Source: Eledone cirrhosa (taxonomy: Eukaryota). From it: a stretch of DNA of 64,000 bases. The notes beneath the pieces were generated by a model. That model searched no databases and was not told where the DNA came from. It worked only from the letters and a program-made list of their open reading frames with translations. How positions within the stretch are numbered: position 1 is the stretch's first letter; each line of letters opens with the position of its first letter. The DNA lies in contig OZ024744.1 of the NCBI GenBank assembly GCA_964016885.1, forward strand, positions 85,932,001-85,996,000, in the 5' to 3' direction. Shown in pieces: positions 59,349 to 64,000 of this stretch. A program made the translations under genes and the position numbers.

Positions 59349-59994
59349 CTATTCTCAGCTAAGTTCCCAGGCAATGCGCGGACACTAGGAACCCATATAA
59401 AAATAATAATTCAGGAGATGGAATGAAGCTAGCGAGGACTAAATTCCGGAGCACTGAAAAAATTTCACTGCCTCTGGTCAGTGGCAGATTCTAAAGAATC
59501 AATCACGTGACACCGAGGTTAATCAGTTAGGAGCGGGGTGGTATTATGACAAGAGCCTACTACTACCATGAAACAGCAGTAAATTTTGGCAAGTTTTGCT
59601 CAACAAATAATTTGGAGTTAAATATAGAGAATTAGTACATCTACCAACATATGTGTACAGATGTACACTCATGCTAGCAAATAAATAAGTTATGTCTTAG
59701 TACCTATGTGGTTCTATGCAGGTGAGTGCAGAACAATTATATGAAAAACGTAAAATAAGAAAATTTTAAAAATTAAAAATCAACTTACTTACTAAAATTT
59801 TCACTCCAACTAATTAGTTTCTGTAATGGGATAAATATAGTTACATAATATATATAACTATAGAGAATTCATTACGTCATCAGGGAGTCTATTAAGACAT
59901 AACTTATATATTTGCTAGCATGAGTGTACATCTGTACACATATGTTGGTAGATGTACTAATTCTCTCTCTCTCGCTATATATATATATATATGG

Positions 59995-60038
<44 letters not shown>

Positions 60039-60896
60039 TAAACAAGGCAAAACCAGATGGATAATAACAATGACATTGATATATTTATAATATACATACA
60101 TATATATACATATTTATATAATATATGTATACATATATATATTTGTTTTACGAGGTATATATATATATGTGTGTGTGTGAGTGTGTGTGTTGGTGTGTAT
60201 GTAGGTATGTATAGTGTTGTGGGCTTTCATCGGTTCCGACGACGAGTGTTCCATGTGTTTGGTCAAGCGAAAAACCTACTCGTGAAATAAACGCGCAAGC
60301 GGCAAAACATTCAACATACATATGTATTTTTATTCTATTCTTACGCTGATTCAGTGTGATACAACGTGTGACAAGGCTGGCCCTCTGAATTGCAGTTACA
60401 ACTCATTGTTGCCAGAGAGTGGACTGGATCAACGAGAAATAAAATGTCTTGTTCAAGAACACAATGTACCACCATTATTCGAACTCACAATCTCCTGAGT
60501 CAAACACCCAACCTTCTAAGCCACTAGCCTTCACAACAACATTTATTTGACAGTGTTGTTATTACACAACTGTAATTTCTTGAGGGTATGTAAAAGAAGA
60601 CTATCCAGTTAATTCACAAAGATTCACATACACCAGTATCCTTTATTCATAGGGATTAAGGATAACCTGGGATTAAAGAAGATCGATAACAGCAAAATAA
60701 ATCCAAAGCCAACACCACTACCACCGCCATTATCACCACTACCACCACAATAGTAATAGACGCGATGGTCACAGAGGGTCTGCTATATCATGTTCAGCTT
60801 TGCTTAGCGATAACATTTGAAATCATTCTCTAATTACATAAAGTAGCGTTCCTTTTTATATAGATGGTATCTTTACTGATACATTCGTAGATCGAA

Positions 60897-61580
60897 GACC
60901 CCCTTCAGTCACGAATGACCATGGGATTTGCACTTAGAAAGTTTCCTCCGAAGCACAAGACCGGGCAAGGTTTGTTTTATGGAGGACCAGCAGTCACCCA
61001 TGTATGCCAGTCTCCCCTCTCCACACCATCGATGATGTCCAAGGGAAAGGCAATGGCCGATACAGCTTGGCACCAGTGATGTCATAACTAATATATACAT
61101 TATATATACATCACATACACACTATGTATAGACTATATATTATATATCCATCATATATGCTGTTGTCCAAGGGAAAGGCAATGGCCGATACAGCTTGGCA
61201 CCAGTGATGTCATAACTAATATATACATTATATATACATCACATACACACTATGTATAGACTGTATATTATATATATATCCATCATATATGCTGTTGTCC
61301 AAGGGAAAGGCAATGGCCGATACAGCTTGGCACCAGTGATGACATAACTAATATATACATTATATACACATCACATACACACTATGTATAGACTGTATAT
61401 TATATTATATATCCATCATATATGCTGTTGTCCAAGGGAAAGGCAATGGCCGATACAGCTTGGCACCACTGACTTCATAACTCATTTCTACAGCCGTTGC
61501 TCAAGAACACAACGCATCACGCGGTCCGAAAATCGAACTCACAACCTTTCGTGAGCTCTAACCACTAAGCCATGCGCCTT
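60897..61580 (-). mobile_element. Family-B SINE with internal ~125-130-bp tandem expansion
   Basis: tgtccaagggaaaggcaatggccgatacagcttggcacca occurs 4x, separated by an AT-rich spacer 3x. Confidence 0.85.
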
Positions 61581-61862
61581 CACTCGTAGATACATTGTTG
61601 AAATTACATGGAATAGTCACGGCTAGAATGTCCTGGTTATAGCCATGCTGCATCATGGCTGACCAACGAAATGAGCGTACCTCTAGGTTGTTACGTGGTC
61701 TGCTGGGAATAGCAACCAAATATATTAAAAACTATAACGTATCTACTAGATAACAAAGGACAAGGCAATCGAGTTATGTCTGAATACAAGACGAAGTTGT
61801 CACGGTTGGAACGGCATCGCCCACGGGTTATATTGATCAGGGACACGATGCTGGCAAAGTTA

Positions 61863-61881
61863 ACAGCAGCAGCAGCTGTAA

Positions 61882-61919
<38 letters not shown>

Positions 61920-61991
61920 ATAGTAGTAGTAGTAGTAGTAGTAGTTGTAGTAGTAGTAGTAGTAACAGTAGCAGCAGCAATAGTAGTGATA

Positions 61992-62075
<84 letters not shown>
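61863..62075. repeat. (TAG)n microsatellite
   Basis: Direct reading; explains the poly-Val ORF. Confidence 0.95.
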
Positions 62076-62076
<1 letters not shown>

Positions 62077-62225
62077 CTGTTGTTATTGAGCTTGGTTAGA
62101 CACGACTTGAACGAGGAAGTTTCTACGTGGTCAATTTACTTGCTAGAAATAGCAGCAAAACAATTATCTCTCAAATATCTATTCTAAGTAACATCACTTG
62201 TCTTACTCATATTATTTACCAGTGA

Positions 62226-62950
62226 CGGCAGTATCGGTAGAGCGTCAGACACAATCCTTTGGCACATTGCCTAAATCCAAACCATTATAACTCTGCCTTT
62301 CATCCTTACGGGGTCGATAATCTATAAATGTACCAGTAATACACTGAGACAATTGCTGGCCTTGTCCCAAAAGTAGAAACAATTATATTAAAAAAGAAAC
62401 ATTTTTGTCTTATGTTTGTCTATGGTTATATTCAAAATATTTCCTCACTATACACACTCTCAGACTAATGTATTTACACATATATGTGTCATACGTCGTA
62501 CTACACATCTCTAGTTTAAAATTTAACGTTTAATAACCATACTTTCATTACCTTGAATTATAAAATATACACAGTCGTACTAACTATACAGACTATATAC
62601 AGAGCTAAGTTCAAATCCCGCCGAGGTTAACTTTGTCTTTCATCCTTACGGGGTCCATAAAATAAAGTACCAGTAATGCACTGGGATAATTGCTGGTCTT
62701 TTGTCAAAAGTAGAAACAAATATTATGAATCAAGGATTGAAGGGCAGTGGATTGGCAGTATCGGTAGATCGTCAGACACAATCCTTTGCAGCACAGAGCT
62801 ATGGCCCTTTACGTTATCTGTTCAAATTCCACCGAGGCCGATAAAATAAAGTACCAGTAATGCACTGGCGTAATCGTTGGCCTTGTGCCAAAAGTAGAAA
62901 CAATTATTATGAATCGAGCATTGAAGGAGAGTGGATTGGCAGTATCGATA
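62226..62950 (+). mobile_element. Cluster of deleted or truncated family-A SINEs
   Basis: Copies at ~62226-62386, 62607-62722 and 62741-62908, plus a head at 62927. Confidence 0.8.
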
Positions 62951-63114
62951 GAACAACAGCGAGTCAACGAGAATGGTTTCTATGTGGTAAATCAAACTGC
63001 AAGAAATAGCAATGGTGATCCTTCTCATATCACTCTAAGGGAAGAACATATTATCTAGTCATAAGTACAGAATGATAGAAACAAATAGTGGATATTCTTG
63101 GCTGGAATAACTAT

Positions 63115-64000
63115 CTATCCGTCCAACCAACCATCCAAACAGCCATCTAATCATCCATCCACCCAACCATCTAACCATCCAACGAACCATCCATCCAACC
63201 ATCCATTCACCCACACCTCCATCCATCCATCCAACCATCCAACCATCCATCCATATCCAACCATCCATCCTACCATCCACCCACTCAACCATCCAACCAT
63301 CCAACCATCCATCCATTCAACCATCCAACCATCCATCCATCCAACCATAGAACCATCCAACCATCCAACCATCCAACCATCCAACCAACCATCCATCCAT
63401 CCATCCATCCAACCATCCAACCATCCAACCATCCAACCATCCAACCAACCATCCATCCATCTATCCAACCATCCACCCACTCAACCATCCATCCATTCAA
63501 CCATCCAACCATCCATCCATATCCAACCATCCATCCTACCATCCACCCACTCAACCATCCAACCATCCAACCATCCATCCATTCAACCATCCAACCATCC
63601 ATCCATCCAACCATCCAACCATCCATCCATATCCAACCATCCATCCTACCATCCACCCACTCAACCATCCAACCACCCAACCATCCATCCAACCATCCAT
63701 CCATCCATCCATCCATCCAACCATAGAACCATCCAACCATCCAACCATCCAACCATCCATCCATCCAACCATCCAACCATCCATCCATATCCAACCATCC
63801 ATCCTACCATCCACCCACTCAACCATCCAACCACCCAACCATCCATCCAACCATCCATCCATCCATCCATCCATCCAACCATAGAACCATCCAACCATCC
63901 AACCATCCAACCATCCATCCATCCATCCATCCAACCATCCAACCATCCAACCATCCAACCAACCATCCAACCATCCAACCAGACATCCAACCATCCATCT
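63115..64000. repeat. (CCAT/CCAA)n satellite with higher-order repeats
   Basis: The landmark ccatatccaaccatccatcctaccatccacccactcaacc recurs 4x. Confidence 0.9.

Overview
AT-rich, repeat-saturated eukaryotic DNA with no recognisable host gene. The SINE families and microsatellite load suggest an octopod cephalopod (inference). Most listed ORFs are translations of (TA)n, (CA)n, (TATG)n or (CCAT)n microsatellites. The real coding remnants are all transposon-derived: at least 7 Penelope-like retroelement (PLE) RT/GIY-YIG fragments of two types (Naiad-like CxC..CPL..C linker; Neptune-like Cx4Cx2C linker), an RTE LINE 3' end, two CRE-clade fragments, a mariner nested in one CRE copy, and a composite Helitron with a PIF1-type helicase. 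About 20 tRNA-SINE copies are also present. The main signal is about 20 minimal type-I hammerhead ribozyme (HHR) motifs (CTGANGA-stem II-GAAA-palindromic stem III-NTH-stem I). They sit in short, mostly non-coding islands between (TA)n tracts, and most islands are fold-back structures: more than 15 inverted repeats with 35-1,030 bp arms, many centred on a (TA)n tract. This looks like a microsatellite-resident population of ribozyme-bearing, palindrome-generating PLE mini-elements. All calls were made by eye, so coordinates may be off by a few bp.
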